DNA of 64,000 nucleotides, from assembly GCA_044892505.1 (NCBI GenBank), contig CM097883.1, forward strand, positions 421,104,001 through 421,168,000, in the 5' to 3' direction. Origin of the DNA: Schmidtea nova (Eukaryota). The position numbers and the translations under genes were made by a program. Shown one piece after another: positions 24,359 through 35,568 of this stretch. How positions within the stretch are numbered: position 1 is the stretch's first letter; every line of letters begins with the position of its first letter. The notes beneath the pieces were generated by a model that did not search any database, was not told where the DNA came from, and saw only the letters and a program-made list of their open reading frames with translations.

Positions 24359-25076
24359 TATATGTATCTATATGTTGTGAAAGTGTGTGAGAAGAGAAAT
24401 GAAAGTGGCAGAGAGAGTCCTGCGGTATTCGTGTGCAGACACTCGGAGTGTTTGCTGTGTAACTGATTGAGTTGCAGTAAGATTCACAATGACAGAATAC
24501 AAATACAAATAACAACAGAGTAACGCGATTAATTTAACAAATTTTATTTAAGCAAAATAAAACGAAAAACCACTATCAATTACATTGTTTTTTTGGTGGT
24601 GGTAAATATGATACTGTTGTTATCTTCGAATGTTGTATAATGGTTCTTAATATTTTCTTATGATCCTCTTCTAGATGAGATAGGGATACTAGATATGATA
24701 ATGTTGTTATCTTCTGTGAGAGTAGTGACAGTTTGATTAGAGGCAATTTGAGTAAGGACAATTTGATTATTTTGTGAGAATAGAGAGAATTTGAGAGTAG
24801 AGTCAACTTGATTACTTCTGGTTTTATTAACTTGTATTTCTAATTTCTTTATTGACTTCGTCTTTTCAATTTTCTTTTGTTAATTCTTCATCATTTCATA
24901 CATTCGGTATAATACTTTTGAATTCCAATTTAGAGTTGTAATCTTTTTAATCAATATTTTTTTAATTTGTATTTTGTAAGCTTACTATAGTTTATTACTA
25001 TAGTTAGCTTAATTATTTTTAAATTTTAAATTTAAAAAATAATAATAAAAATAATAAATGTTCCTTTGCCCTTAAT

Positions 25077-28000
25077 ATGTCGGGAAAAGGGGGAGGTCCA
25101 ACTCCAATAATGACAATAAAAAATAAAAATAAAACGCCTAGTGTAAAATAAAATCAACATGCCCAAATGTTGGGTTCGCCACACAACTTCCCCCTTTAAA
25201 ACCGGAGGTTACATTTGGACAAAAGAGAAAAACACTCACACACTCACACAATCACATCAAATATACATTTTTAATGATAACGGTAACTTGAAACCTTTTT
25301 TTCTGTTTTGTTTTGTTTTGTTTTTGTTATGTTTTGTTTTGTTTTTTTTTAAATACAATTTAACACTAAAAATTGCATATTTACAACAAAAAATAAAAAA
25401 TCTGTACAAATAGCTATGTTGTGCCTGTGTTTTTGTGTGTGTCGGTATTTTTATTTGAGGCAGTCGCTGTATCTTTTTTTTTAATAGATGTAATTGTTGT
25501 GTTTCTGTTAGGAAGTTGTTGGGGTTTTTTGTTCATTTGGTTTTGTGTTGTGTGATTGTTATACTGATAGGGATTTAATCTGCGAATGTTGATTCTGATT
25601 TCCCTGTTATTTATTAGTAGGGTGCCCACATTTTTGTTCAGTTTGATTAATTTGTAGGGACCTTCATATTTTCACTCGAAACCACTGGTGAACGGTTTTT
25701 TTAATAAAACCGACTCTGCGATGAGGTTTGTTTTTGCATGTTTGTGTTTGTCATTACTATTTACGAAAGCTTCTTTTGTTTCGTTATGCTTTGTTTGTGC
25801 TTTGACTTCAAATGTTTTGTGCTTTGACTTCAAATGTTTTGTCCGTGTTTTCGATATTTTTTATTAAATTTGGGAGGTTTGTTGAATGTCCAAAAGTTAC
25901 TTGGCTAGGGCTTTTATTATTTATCGAAGATGGATTATTTCGTAATCCGATTAGGATTTCTGGCAGTTTTTCTAACCAGTTTCTGTCATTAGCTTTAGTC
26001 CGTATCGCTTGTTTTAATGATCTGTGAAGTCTTTCCACTTTGCCGTTTGACTGTGGGTTATATGCTGTTGTTCTGACTTTCTTTATTTTGTATTTGTTTC
26101 ACAGTCCTTTGAATATATCAAATTCAAATTGTCTTCCTTGATCGCTAATAATTGTTTTTGGACATCCGTATCTCGCAAACCAGTTTATTTCTAGTTTCCT
26201 GTAAATTGTTGCTGTTGAGATCTCTTTGATTGGGATAGCCTCGAACCAGTTAGTGTATCGGTCTATTATCGTCAATAGGTATCTGTGTTTGTTGTTAGGT
26301 GGTAATGGACCAACTATGTCTATATGTATTGTTTGGAAAGGTTCTGTTTTTGGGAATTCAATTTTTGTTGTTTTGAATTTTGTTGTTATTTTGTTTTTCT
26401 GGCAGTTTATACATGAGTTTACGTATTCTTTGATGTCCTTCCTCATGTTCGGCCATACCACTTTTGTGTGCATGAGTTCGTATGTGGCTTTCGTTCCTGG
26501 GTGGTATATGTTGTGAAATTGTTTCATTAGTTCGATTCTGTGTTCATCAGGTACTATTAGTCTTATGTTGTTTTCGTTAGAGACATCGTACCAAATTCCA
26601 ACAATCTCTTTTAGAATTAATGAGTTGAGTTTTGGGAAGTTATTTATTGTTCTTTCTTGTTTGTTTCTCATTGTTTCTTGATTCACTATTGGAATCATGC
26701 TGATCGCGTTTGTTTCTGTTTCGATTCGTGAAAGGGTATCTGCGCATATGTTTGCTGCTCCTGTTATATATTTTATTTCGCAATTGAATTGTGAAATGTA
26801 ATTTAACTGTCTTATTTGCCTTGGTGACGGTAATTTCATGTTGATTGCGTTTACTAGGGGTTTGTGGTCTGTATACACTTCGAATTCTTTCCCTTCTAAA
26901 AGGTATTGGAAGTGTTTTATTGTATCGTGTACCGCCAGCAGTTCCCTGTCAAAAGTGGAATATCGCATTTGGTGAGTTTTGAGTTTTGAAAAAAATGCAA
27001 TGGGTTTTTTTTCGTTATTTTTTTCTTGGTATATTGTGCCTCCCATTGCTGTTCCAGAGCAATCAGTGTTGAGGATGTATGTTAGGTTTGGGTCCGGGTA
27101 GTTTAATAGACTTGTGTTGGATAGGTTTGTTTTTGCTTTTTCAAAAACGCTTTCTAGTTGTTTGTTCCAATTGATTTTGACGTTTCTTTTGTTGTTGTTT
27201 AGATCGTTTAGTGGTGCGAGTATTTCGCTGCACTTTGGGATGTGTTTATGGTAAAAGTTTATCATTCCCATAAAACGTCTTAATTCTCTTGTTGTTTTGG
27301 GGAGTGGGAATTCTTTGATGGCCTTTATTTTGTCGTCTAGAGGTCTTGTTCCATTTTCGTTAAGGATATGTCCCAAAAACTTGACTTCGTGTTTTAAGAA
27401 TTCGCACTTCTTTATATTAATTTTGAGATCGTGGTTGTTGAGGGTGTTTAGAACTTCTGTAATGTCCTGAATATGTTCGGTTTTGTTTGTTGATGCGATT
27501 AGGATGTCGTCTAAATAGTCTACCGTATTCCTATGGTTTCTCAGGATTTGGTCCATGAACCTTTGGAAAGTGGCGGCTGCGTTTTTTAAACCGAATGGCA
27601 TTCGGTTGTATTCATATAACCCGATAGGTGTTATTATTGCGGTTTTTTAATGTCTTCTTCTCGCACCGGAATTTGGTGATATGCTTTTTGCAGGTCGATT
27701 TTACTGAAATAATTTGGGTTATGTATTCTATTTATGATGTCGTTGATTATTGGTATAGGGTATTTATCGGGTATTGTAATACTGTTCAGAGCTCTGTAAT
27801 CTCCGCATGCTCTCCATTCGCCATTTGCTTTTTCTTTTAGCATCAGTGCGGATGACCAGTTAGAATGGGATTGTTGAATGATTCTGTTTTCCAGTAAATC
27901 GTCGAAGATTTCTTTGGTTATTGTGAGTTTTTTGTTGTTCAGTTGTCTTACTTTGGCGTGGACAGGGTTACCATTTGTTATGATGGCGTGTTCTGTGATG

Positions 28001-28430
28001 CATTTATTTGTGGTTTCTATTGATAGTTTATCTGTGATTGTAGGGTAGTTTTTGAGTAATTCTTTGATTTCTTTTGGTATAGAATTGTCTGCGTTTGTTT
28101 TTTGCATTTTGTTCTATTTTTAGTTTGTAAGCCTTTTGTTTGTATTTTGTTTGTGTTTACCGTTATTACTCCGATGTCACAATTTGTTAAGGTTTTTAAG
28201 TTTTTCTGGTTAGTTTTGTTGTTTGGGTATTTTCCTGTTTCGAAAGTATTTTGTACTATTTTGTTGTTTCGGCAGTCTACTAGCAAGTTATATTTCGCTA
28301 GGAAATCGGCTCCTACAATGGCCTGTTTCACGTCGGCGATGATGAATTCCCAATTGTAGTTTGTTTTGTTTATATTAATGGTTAGTTGTTGTTTGCCGTA
28401 CGTTTTGATGTTGCTGCCATTTGCTGCGCA
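25077..28430 (-). mobile_element. Ty3/Gypsy CsRn1-type copy B, 5'-truncated
   Basis: Protease tail (28017-28430), RT pieces, GPY tail, PPT 25187-25197 followed by TGTGTGG (putative 3' LTR start at 25185; the 25077 end is tentative). Same family as copy A. Confidence 0.92.
26099..27601 (-). CDS. pol fragment RT-RNase H-integrase (500 aa)
   Basis: MPFGLKNAAATFQR, YLDDILI, TDCSG, DRELLA, YTDHKPL, HHCC zinc finger, HIDIVGP, SDQGRQF. Confidence 0.9.
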   Translation of the reverse strand: MPFGLKNAAATFQRFMDQILRNHRNTVDYLDDILIASTNKTEHIQDITEVLNTLNNHDLKINIKKCEFLKHEVKFLGHILNENGTRPLDDKIKAIKEFPLPKTTRELRRFMGMINFYHKHIPKCSEILAPLNDLNNNKRNVKINWNKQLESVFEKAKTNLSNTSLLNYPDPNLTYILNTDCSGTAMGGTIYQEKNNEKKPIAFFSKLKTHQMRYSTFDRELLAVHDTIKHFQYLLEGKEFEVYTDHKPLVNAINMKLPSPRQIRQLNYISQFNCEIKYITGAANICADTLSRIETETNAISMIPIVNQETMRNKQERTINNFPKLNSLILKEIVGIWYDVSNENNIRLIVPDEHRIELMKQFHNIYHPGTKATYELMHTKVVWPNMRKDIKEYVNSCINCQKNKITTKFKTTKIEFPKTEPFQTIHIDIVGPLPPNNKHRYLLTIIDRYTNWFEAIPIKEISTATIYRKLEINWFARYGCPKTIISDQGRQFEFDIFKGL

Positions 28431-29132
28431 ATATAATATAAAATAACATTTTAATATAATATTACATATAAATACAAACTTAATAAAAAATAAATAAATT
28501 AAAGATTCTTAACCATTTAAATATTTACTAATACCAGGAGCATTTTCTCTTATTTTATCTATTATTGTAGAATTATTTAAATTAACCAAAATATCCTTCT
28601 CTATCGCCATAAGCATCAAAAACTGCAAATTATCTTGTGACAAGGAAGATCTGAGTCTATTTTTTATAATTTTTAATTTGGAAAAACTACGTTCACAAGC
28701 TACTTGCGTCGAAGATAATGTTAAAATAAATTTATATGCAAAATAAACATTGCTGTATACTTTGCTATATAAATTATATTTAGCCAAGAAATTAAAACAG
28801 CAATAAATACAATTTTTGCAACTCTTTTTGTTTTTGAGGCATACTTCACTTATTATTTCTGAATCTGAATCAGTTAATTCATCGGTGTTATATATATCTT
28901 GCATAGATATTTTAAAGTCGTCCCAATTTGTCATTAAATCAGTTAATTCCTCCCTTAAATTTGACGCTGTAGCTGTTTTATGATATTTTACTAGTAATTT
29001 ACTGAGCTCTTCTAAACTGTTTTCTGAACATTTATTGTCGGTAAAATTTTTAGGGTCTAATATTGCCATGCCTGCATATAATTTTCCATGATTTTTAAAA
29101 CGGTTTTCTATAGTATTTATTGTGGTATCCAT

Positions 29133-29263
29133 AGTAATGTAATGATTATTACAAAACAAGTTGTTTAAATAATCAACAAGAAGGAGTTGTTTTTAAAAAT
29201 AAAGATTAAGTTTTTCAATTGTTAAATTGTTTATTTTTGATGTCAGATATTAAGATAGTTACT
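29133..29263 (+). repeat. 5' LTR (AGTAA...TTACT)
   Basis: Matches 33552-33682 base for base by eye; the last T overlaps the PBS. Confidence 0.95.
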
Positions 29264-30436
29264 GGCGACCACGCCGAAATTAACGCAGTTAAAACACGTA
29301 GCCAAGATAAGAAATCAGCAAGAGATGTTTTACCAAAGAAGGCTCAAGAAATCTTAGACGTTGAAATTCGTAGATACGATGGAAGATGCGCTAAGGAAGC
29401 AGAAAAATGGATTAAAGCGATCGATGAGTGGATTATAAGAAATGATCTAAAACGGACGGAAGCTTTTGATTTGTTGTTATCGGAAGAAGCGTCAATCTTG
29501 TGGAAGAATTTCAAAACCGAAGAAACATCAGAGGATGATGCTAGAGAATGGTTTATAGAAACATTCACTATAAAAAAGTCAATATTAGATAAAATCAAGG
29601 ATCTTTCAACTATCAGACAAGATGACAACGAACGTTTTGCTACTTTCGAGATTCGAGTTCTCAAAATCGTGGAAGAAGTTTTATATTCAGGATTGTCAAA
29701 GGAAGAAATCGTAAGTGAGATTATTATGCACAGAGTGAGAGATAAAAGATTAAAAGAGGTACTTACGAAGAAACCTAAGATGGATCACAAAGAGAGAAAT
29801 GATTTAGCAAAAATTTATGAGAAAACAGAGGACAGATCTGAAGAAATTTTGGCAGTGAAACCAATGTCATATGCGGAAAAATTCAAAGAGGGTCTAAGAA
29901 ATCGAGAGGAATTGGAGAGAGGAAAGCAAAGACCATATATACGGAAAGAACCCAGAAGTTTCGAAAACAAAGTGGAATACGGAAGATATGAACAACCAGA
30001 GTCCCAAAGATGGAAAGGACAGCAGACGGGTGAAAAGAAGATGCCAACTGTATCTCTGAAACATATAGCCAAACGGTTATACAACAGACATATGGGGTTA
30101 CCAGAACCAAGGCCATGCGAACTCAAATCAGGTCAATGTTTTTGTTGCGGAGAAGAAGGACATAGGCGTTTTGAATGCCCTTTAAAGGATAAATGTTTGA
30201 TTTGCGGGAAGAACGGACACAATTTTAGAAATTGTAACCTTCTGAATGAACGACGAGGTTACAACACCAACGTCAAGAAGATATCATGTATACACGAAGA
30301 AATGGAGGATCAGCAGATAAATAGTTATGATTTTAGAGATGAATACGGAAGTGAGTGTCAACCACATGAAGTAGAAGTAAGAAAAAATGCCAACGATCCC
30401 ATCGCACACATTTCGTCAATGGGATCGCAGATATAA
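29219..30436 (+). CDS. gag: gag with two CCHC zinc knuckles
   Basis: CFCCGEEGHRRFEC and CLICGKNGHNFRNC; the true start lies downstream of the LTR/PBS (the track start is inside the LTR). Confidence 0.9.
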   Translation: MLNCLFLMSDIKIVTGDHAEINAVKTRSQDKKSARDVLPKKAQEILDVEIRRYDGRCAKEAEKWIKAIDEWIIRNDLKRTEAFDLLLSEEASILWKNFKTEETSEDDAREWFIETFTIKKSILDKIKDLSTIRQDDNERFATFEIRVLKIVEEVLYSGLSKEEIVSEIIMHRVRDKRLKEVLTKKPKMDHKERNDLAKIYEKTEDRSEEILAVKPMSYAEKFKEGLRNREELERGKQRPYIRKEPRSFENKVEYGRYEQPESQRWKGQQTGEKKMPTVSLKHIAKRLYNRHMGLPEPRPCELKSGQCFCCGEEGHRRFECPLKDKCLICGKNGHNFRNCNLLNERRGYNTNVKKISCIHEEMEDQQINSYDFRDEYGSECQPHEVEVRKNANDPIAHISSMGSQI

Positions 30437-30454
30437 ATGAAGAAAATCGAAATG
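30382..30454 (+). promoter_or_regulatory. Predicted programmed -1 ribosomal frameshift signal
   Basis: A_AAA_AAT at 30382-30388 in the gag frame; 5-nt spacer; 9-bp stem CGATCCCAT/ATGGGATCG; loop CATTTCG complementary to CGAAATG at 30448-30454; the pol (-1) frame is open from 30370. Confidence 0.75.
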
Positions 30455-30468
30455 ACAGGAGAAGAAGC

Positions 30469-32664
30469 ATGAAGTATCAGACGAGCGATGGAAGAGAATG
30501 GAGTAAGATGGTTATTAATACGGTTGAAGTAGAAATGTTATGGGATTCGGGGGCATCAATATCAGTGATGAATGAAGAAACATGGATAAACATCGGAAAA
30601 CCGAGGTTAGATGCAAGCGATTTGACGATTTGTGGCGTTTTTCCAGGAAGTAAAAGACCACTGGGACGTACTATGGTAGAGGCGAAATGGAACCAAAAAC
30701 AGAGGAACATATGTATTGTTGTTATGAGGGATATTCGACCAGGATTTATTGGTGGAGTAGATACAATGAAAGCGTTCGGCATACAACTGGTGGAAGTGAA
30801 AAGTATTGAAGACAATGAGATCAAGACAAACATCAACGACAAAGACCGACTATTAAAAGCGAAAACAGACTTGCTGAAAGAGGAAAATATCGAGCTCGAG
30901 AAATTAATCACGGATTTTGCTTCAATATTTATGGCAACCAAATTCGATTTAGGATATACCACGACGGTAGTACATAAAATTAAAACGACTGGTAATCCTG
31001 TGATGCAATATCCACGACGACAACCGATGCATCTGGAACGGAAGGTAGATGACTTAATACAAAAGTTAGTAGAAGCAAGGGTGATCAGGCGATGTCAGAG
31101 CCCATGGAACGCACCATTAGTCATAGTAGGAAAGAAAGACGGATCGATCAGAATGTGTGCGGATTATCGGAGTCTAAATAGTCTGACAGAGAAGGAATCT
31201 TTTCCGATGCCGAATATCACACAGCTACTGGATTGCTTGGCCGGAGCGAAGTTTTTCTCATCATTGGATCTGGGTCAAGCATATTATCAAGTGGCATTGG
31301 CAGCAGAGTCACAGGAGAAAACCGCGTTTAGTACGAAAAGCGGGCAGTTTTGTTTTGAGCGATTACCGTTCGGATTGACAACAGCTCCAGCTACATTTCA
31401 GAGATTCATGAACACTATGTTAGAAGGTATTCTTTTTAATGGGGCGGTGGTATATTTAGATGACATCCTCATATACGGGAAGGATAAATCGGAACATGAC
31501 AGCCGGCTAAAAGAAGTTTTTGAAAGAATCAGAAGTACTGGCGTGAAGATAAATTCGGAGAAATGTAAGATCTACAAAGATAAGTTAATATTTTTAGGGC
31601 ATACCGTGAGTGAGTTCGGGATTCAAACTAACGAAGAAAAGATACGGGTGATTAGGGAGGCTACAAGACCAAAATGTGCGAAACAACTGCGCTCATTTTT
31701 GGGACTGACGAATTACTATCGAAGATTTGTCAAAGATTATGCGCGTTTGGCAGCACCACTATATGCAGCAACAACGGGGTGTGATAAGACCTTACAATGG
31801 TCTCAAAAATGTGAAACAAGTTTCGAGAATTTAAAAGAAGCCCTGATGAAAACACCTGTACTGGATTATCCTAGGATGGACAGGGTATTTGTCTTAGATA
31901 CGGATGCTTGTTTTGAAGCGGTAGGTGCCGTTCTGAGTCAAATCACAGAGGAAGGTAAAGAAGTAGTAATTGCGTATGGGTCGAGACATCTCACAGCACA
32001 CGAAAAAGGGTATTGTGTGACCAGAAAGGAATTGCTGGCATTACATGAGTTTGTTACTTATTTTCGTCAATACTTATATGGGAAGGAGTTCATAGCGAGA
32101 ACCGACCACAAGGCGCTGGTATTTATGAATACGACAAAGAAAGCGATAAGTCCACAATTCCAAACATGGATGGTGAACTTATCAGAATATAATTTTAAAT
32201 TGCAGTATCGGAAAGGAGTAGAACATGGGAATGCCGATGGATTGTCGAGAATTGGAGGAATGTTGTGCGCACAATGTCAAGCACAACACGAAGAGCCGAA
32301 GAAGGAGAGAGCTAGGGTACGATATATTAATTCGATACAAAAAACTGGCACCATGATGAAAATTATGGAAGAACAAAAGAAGGACAAAGGGTTTCAAGGA
32401 GCATGGAATTATATCAATGAATTTTTGAATGAGGAAGAAGATTTTTTCAAGAAATCTTTCCTATATGCTCACAAAGACAGATTAAAGATCAACGATGACT
32501 TAATTACCGTAGAGAGAGAATCCAATGATTTAGTAGCAGTTTCAGAGAGCCATCAAAAACAACTGGTTAAGAAGATTCATGAAGAATTATGTCATGTGGG
32601 GGGAAAAAAGTCTTTCATTACATGGAAAATAGTTTTTTCTGGCCAAAGATGTGTGAAACAGTAA
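30469..32664 (+). CDS. pol: pol part 1: protease-RT-RNase H
   Basis: LWDSGAS, LDLGQAYYQ, LPFGL, YLDDIL, DTDAC, TRKELLA, RTDHKAL. Confidence 0.95.
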   Translation: MKYQTSDGREWSKMVINTVEVEMLWDSGASISVMNEETWINIGKPRLDASDLTICGVFPGSKRPLGRTMVEAKWNQKQRNICIVVMRDIRPGFIGGVDTMKAFGIQLVEVKSIEDNEIKTNINDKDRLLKAKTDLLKEENIELEKLITDFASIFMATKFDLGYTTTVVHKIKTTGNPVMQYPRRQPMHLERKVDDLIQKLVEARVIRRCQSPWNAPLVIVGKKDGSIRMCADYRSLNSLTEKESFPMPNITQLLDCLAGAKFFSSLDLGQAYYQVALAAESQEKTAFSTKSGQFCFERLPFGLTTAPATFQRFMNTMLEGILFNGAVVYLDDILIYGKDKSEHDSRLKEVFERIRSTGVKINSEKCKIYKDKLIFLGHTVSEFGIQTNEEKIRVIREATRPKCAKQLRSFLGLTNYYRRFVKDYARLAAPLYAATTGCDKTLQWSQKCETSFENLKEALMKTPVLDYPRMDRVFVLDTDACFEAVGAVLSQITEEGKEVVIAYGSRHLTAHEKGYCVTRKELLALHEFVTYFRQYLYGKEFIARTDHKALVFMNTTKKAISPQFQTWMVNLSEYNFKLQYRKGVEHGNADGLSRIGGMLCAQCQAQHEEPKKERARVRYINSIQKTGTMMKIMEEQKKDKGFQGAWNYINEFLNEEEDFFKKSFLYAHKDRLKINDDLITVERESNDLVAVSESHQKQLVKKIHEELCHVGGKKSFITWKIVFSGQRCVKQ

Positions 32665-33542
32665 GACACGTTGTAAAAGAATGTAGTATATGTGCGAGAA
32701 GGAAAATAGATCAAGGAAGAACGAAAGAACTTTTTATTCCACGCGGAAGTAACGGGTTTCTGGAACAAATCGTAGTTGATGTAGCACACATGGAAAAGAC
32801 AAGGTCCGGAAAGAGATATGTGATTGTCATAATAGATCGGTTCAGTAAATTAGTATGCCTAACTGCGACAGAGAAGCAAGACGAAATGACGATATTCCGG
32901 ATTATACTTCATAATTGGATTTATAAATATGGAAAGCCAGAAAGTATTCTTTCAGACAGAGGAAAAAATTTTGAAGGCAGATATATGAAAGAGAAATTCG
33001 AAGTTTTAGGGATTCGTCAAGAATTCTCAGCACCATATCAACATCAATCAAATGGATTGGTAGAAAGAGTAATTCGCACGATGAGAGATCTACTGGTGAC
33101 TTCAATTCTTAGTAACAACAGGCGATATGAATGGTGCGAGATACTTCCAAGGGTGGAATTCAGCATCAATGCGACGTTCCAAAGCGCAACTAAATATTCT
33201 CCATTTGAGATTGTGTATGGACGGAAAGTGTCACTTCATGCCAATGGACAAGGATCGGAGATCAAAGGCCAAAGAGTTGACGAGAAAGTGGTTCAGAATT
33301 CTAAGCTAGCTGCAGATAGAATGAGAATTTTAGAAAAAGATCGAAGAGGTAAACGTTCTTTTGAAGTAGGGGAGGAAGTATTGGTTCGACGGGAGCCACA
33401 CAGAAGGAATAAGAATGACATACAATACGATGGACCATATAAGATTGTTAGATTTTTGTCGGAACACCAGGTCGAGCTACAATTTCCGGATGCTAGACGA
33501 CCGAGACGGATAGAATGGCTGAAGAGATGGCATCAAAGTTGA
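32589..33542 (+). CDS. pol part 2: integrase in the -1 frame
   Basis: Second half of HHCC (CSIC), VDVAH, SDRGKNF, NGLVERVIR, YDGPY. Confidence 0.93.
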   Translation: MSCGGKKVFHYMENSFFWPKMCETVRHVVKECSICARRKIDQGRTKELFIPRGSNGFLEQIVVDVAHMEKTRSGKRYVIVIIDRFSKLVCLTATEKQDEMTIFRIILHNWIYKYGKPESILSDRGKNFEGRYMKEKFEVLGIRQEFSAPYQHQSNGLVERVIRTMRDLLVTSILSNNRRYEWCEILPRVEFSINATFQSATKYSPFEIVYGRKVSLHANGQGSEIKGQRVDEKVVQNSKLAADRMRILEKDRRGKRSFEVGEEVLVRREPHRRNKNDIQYDGPYKIVRFLSEHQVELQFPDARRPRRIEWLKRWHQS

Positions 33543-33551
33543 GGAGGGGAA

Positions 33552-33682
33552 AGTAATGTAATGATTATTACAAAACAAGTTGTTTAAATAATCAACAAGA
33601 AGGAGTTGTTTTTAAAAATAAAGATTAAGTTTTTCAATTGTTAAATTGTTTATTTTTGATGTCAGATATTAAGATAGTTACT
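33552..33682 (+). repeat. 3' LTR
   Basis: Follows the PPT; matches the 5' LTR. Confidence 0.95.
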
Positions 33683-35356
33683 TCCATAATTACGTTAAAC
33701 GTGGTTATTTTATATTTTTCGATTGGGTTTTGAAATTCATGATCTTCGGTTATTTCGTCGGGAATTCTCTTTCGTCGTCTAAATCTCTCTTCTGGTATAT
33801 CTTCTTCGACAATTATTTCACAATTTTCCTCTTCAAGTAGTGTATTCGCACGTTTAGCAAATGAATTTGCCTTTTCTTTAACATTTCTTTAAAATCACGT
33901 GAAAATTTTTTTAAAGAATTTAATGTGGAAGTTACCATGTTATAAGCTGTTAAATAATTTAAATTGCTGGTTTGTAAATATTTAGATAACGGTCCAATAT
34001 ATTGAAAAATTTTTAAATAAATATGCGCTGTAAGTATAACTTTAAATTTCAATAAAGACTCCATTAGTGTTGATGCAGTGTGTCTAATTTGAGCATTAAA
34101 AGATACATTAGACACAAAATAATTCAAAGTTATCAATAAGTCTACATATAATGAGGTTTCTTTGTTATCATAATGCCCAAAAAATTTTTTAAGTGCTGTT
34201 TCTTTTGCTGACCATCTTGTTTCACCTATAACGTTAAGTCTCTGATACCTTATTTTTACACTGGTGTTTTCCCAAACATCCATACGTTGATAAGATTCTC
34301 TTAGAAATACGGCACACGAGTTGAGTAATTGAAAGAGAGAAGTACCTTCAATTACCGAACTAGTAGCATCTGTGACAACTAAATTCAATACGTGGGCATA
34401 ACATCAAACGTGAATTTGACCAGGCGATTCTTTACTTAACCAACTGGTGAAGCCATGATACTGTCCACGCATGTTTGCTGCTCCGTCTGTCGAATTACCG
34501 ATACAATTTTTAATATTTAATCCACTGTTTTTAATAAAAGTACTAATTAAATTGCACATGTCTTTCCCTGTAGACGATTTGCAATTTAAAACAGCTACTA
34601 CACGTTCATAAATATTTCCCTTTACATATCGGACAACAATTGAGCACTGATCCTTTTGTGTTATGTCCTGTGTGGTGTCAATTTGCAAAGAAAAAATACC
34701 TGCTTCCTGTATATCTAACAAAATGCTATCTTGAATTAATTTTCCACTGGCCAAAATTACCTGGTTAATAGTAGATTTTGAAATTAATGAAATGAAAGTG
34801 TCTCTACCTTTAGTTCCCGCAGATGTCTCATTATTTTTCTTCTTTTCTTTGATGACTCTTGATAAATGTAATTTTAAAACAGCGTCATATTTAGAGAGTA
34901 GCAATATTATTTCTAAAAAATTACCATGGTCTTCTTGATTATTTTCAAGTGAAAGTGAAGAAACAGATTCAGATCGGTGAGCGCGAAAAGCTAATCCTCT
35001 TTTTCCAATTAATTTTACAACATCTATAATTCTTTCCAATACTTGCTTTCGTTCAATAATATTTTTCTGACGTATGCTTCCTTCATTTGTGAACATTAAA
35101 TTATAAATATCTTTGCCTTTAGATTTGAGCATATGACAATTTACACAATTTTCATGAGTTTTACTATTTTCATGTTCTTTAACACGTTGCAAAGTGTGCC
35201 TCCAGTCCGTCATTCCACGATTTACAAACGAACTCTCGTTTGTAATATCACTGTAAGCCAAACACATGGTACAAAATAGAGCATTTTTTTCCAAACTATA
35301 TGATAGCCAACGCCTATTTACTTTATCTTCTGTATAAAATATTAAATTTGGTTTAA

Positions 35357-35568
35357 CCCTTAATAACCTAGAGTTTGATACCAATTTTTTAAACCTAATG
35401 TTCACATTACTATTAGTTTTTTTTATAGGTTGGCTGTTCGTATTTTACTGCTGTATAATATTCTTTCCAACGAAATTTAAAAAAAACAAATGTCATTATT
35501 GTCATTATCATCAAGCAAACACAATAATATTAAAAAAAAATCACTTTCGTAAATCAGGCTACTAAGGG
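35357..35568. mobile_element. piggyBac-type MITE, 212 bp, inside the hAT ORF
   Basis: TTAA at 35353-35356 and 35569-35572; termini CCCTTAATAACCT and AGGCTACTAAGGG. Excision restores the frame (NLPF-KPNLIF). Confidence 0.85.

Larger units (their letters stand above)
29133..33682 (+). mobile_element. Full-length young Ty3/Gypsy LTR retrotransposon, 4550 bp
   Basis: Two apparently identical 131-bp LTRs, TSD TCCAT (29128-29132; 33683-33687), PBS TGGCGACCACG from 29263, PPT GAGGAGGGGAA 33541-33551. Confidence 0.97.

Noticed and set aside
29344-30962. Long minus-strand ORFs opposite gag/pol (similar shadows in 13640-16856, 25812-28359, 35689-35964, 39858-40227)
   Set aside because: Antisense shadows of real TE coding frames; no independent motifs.
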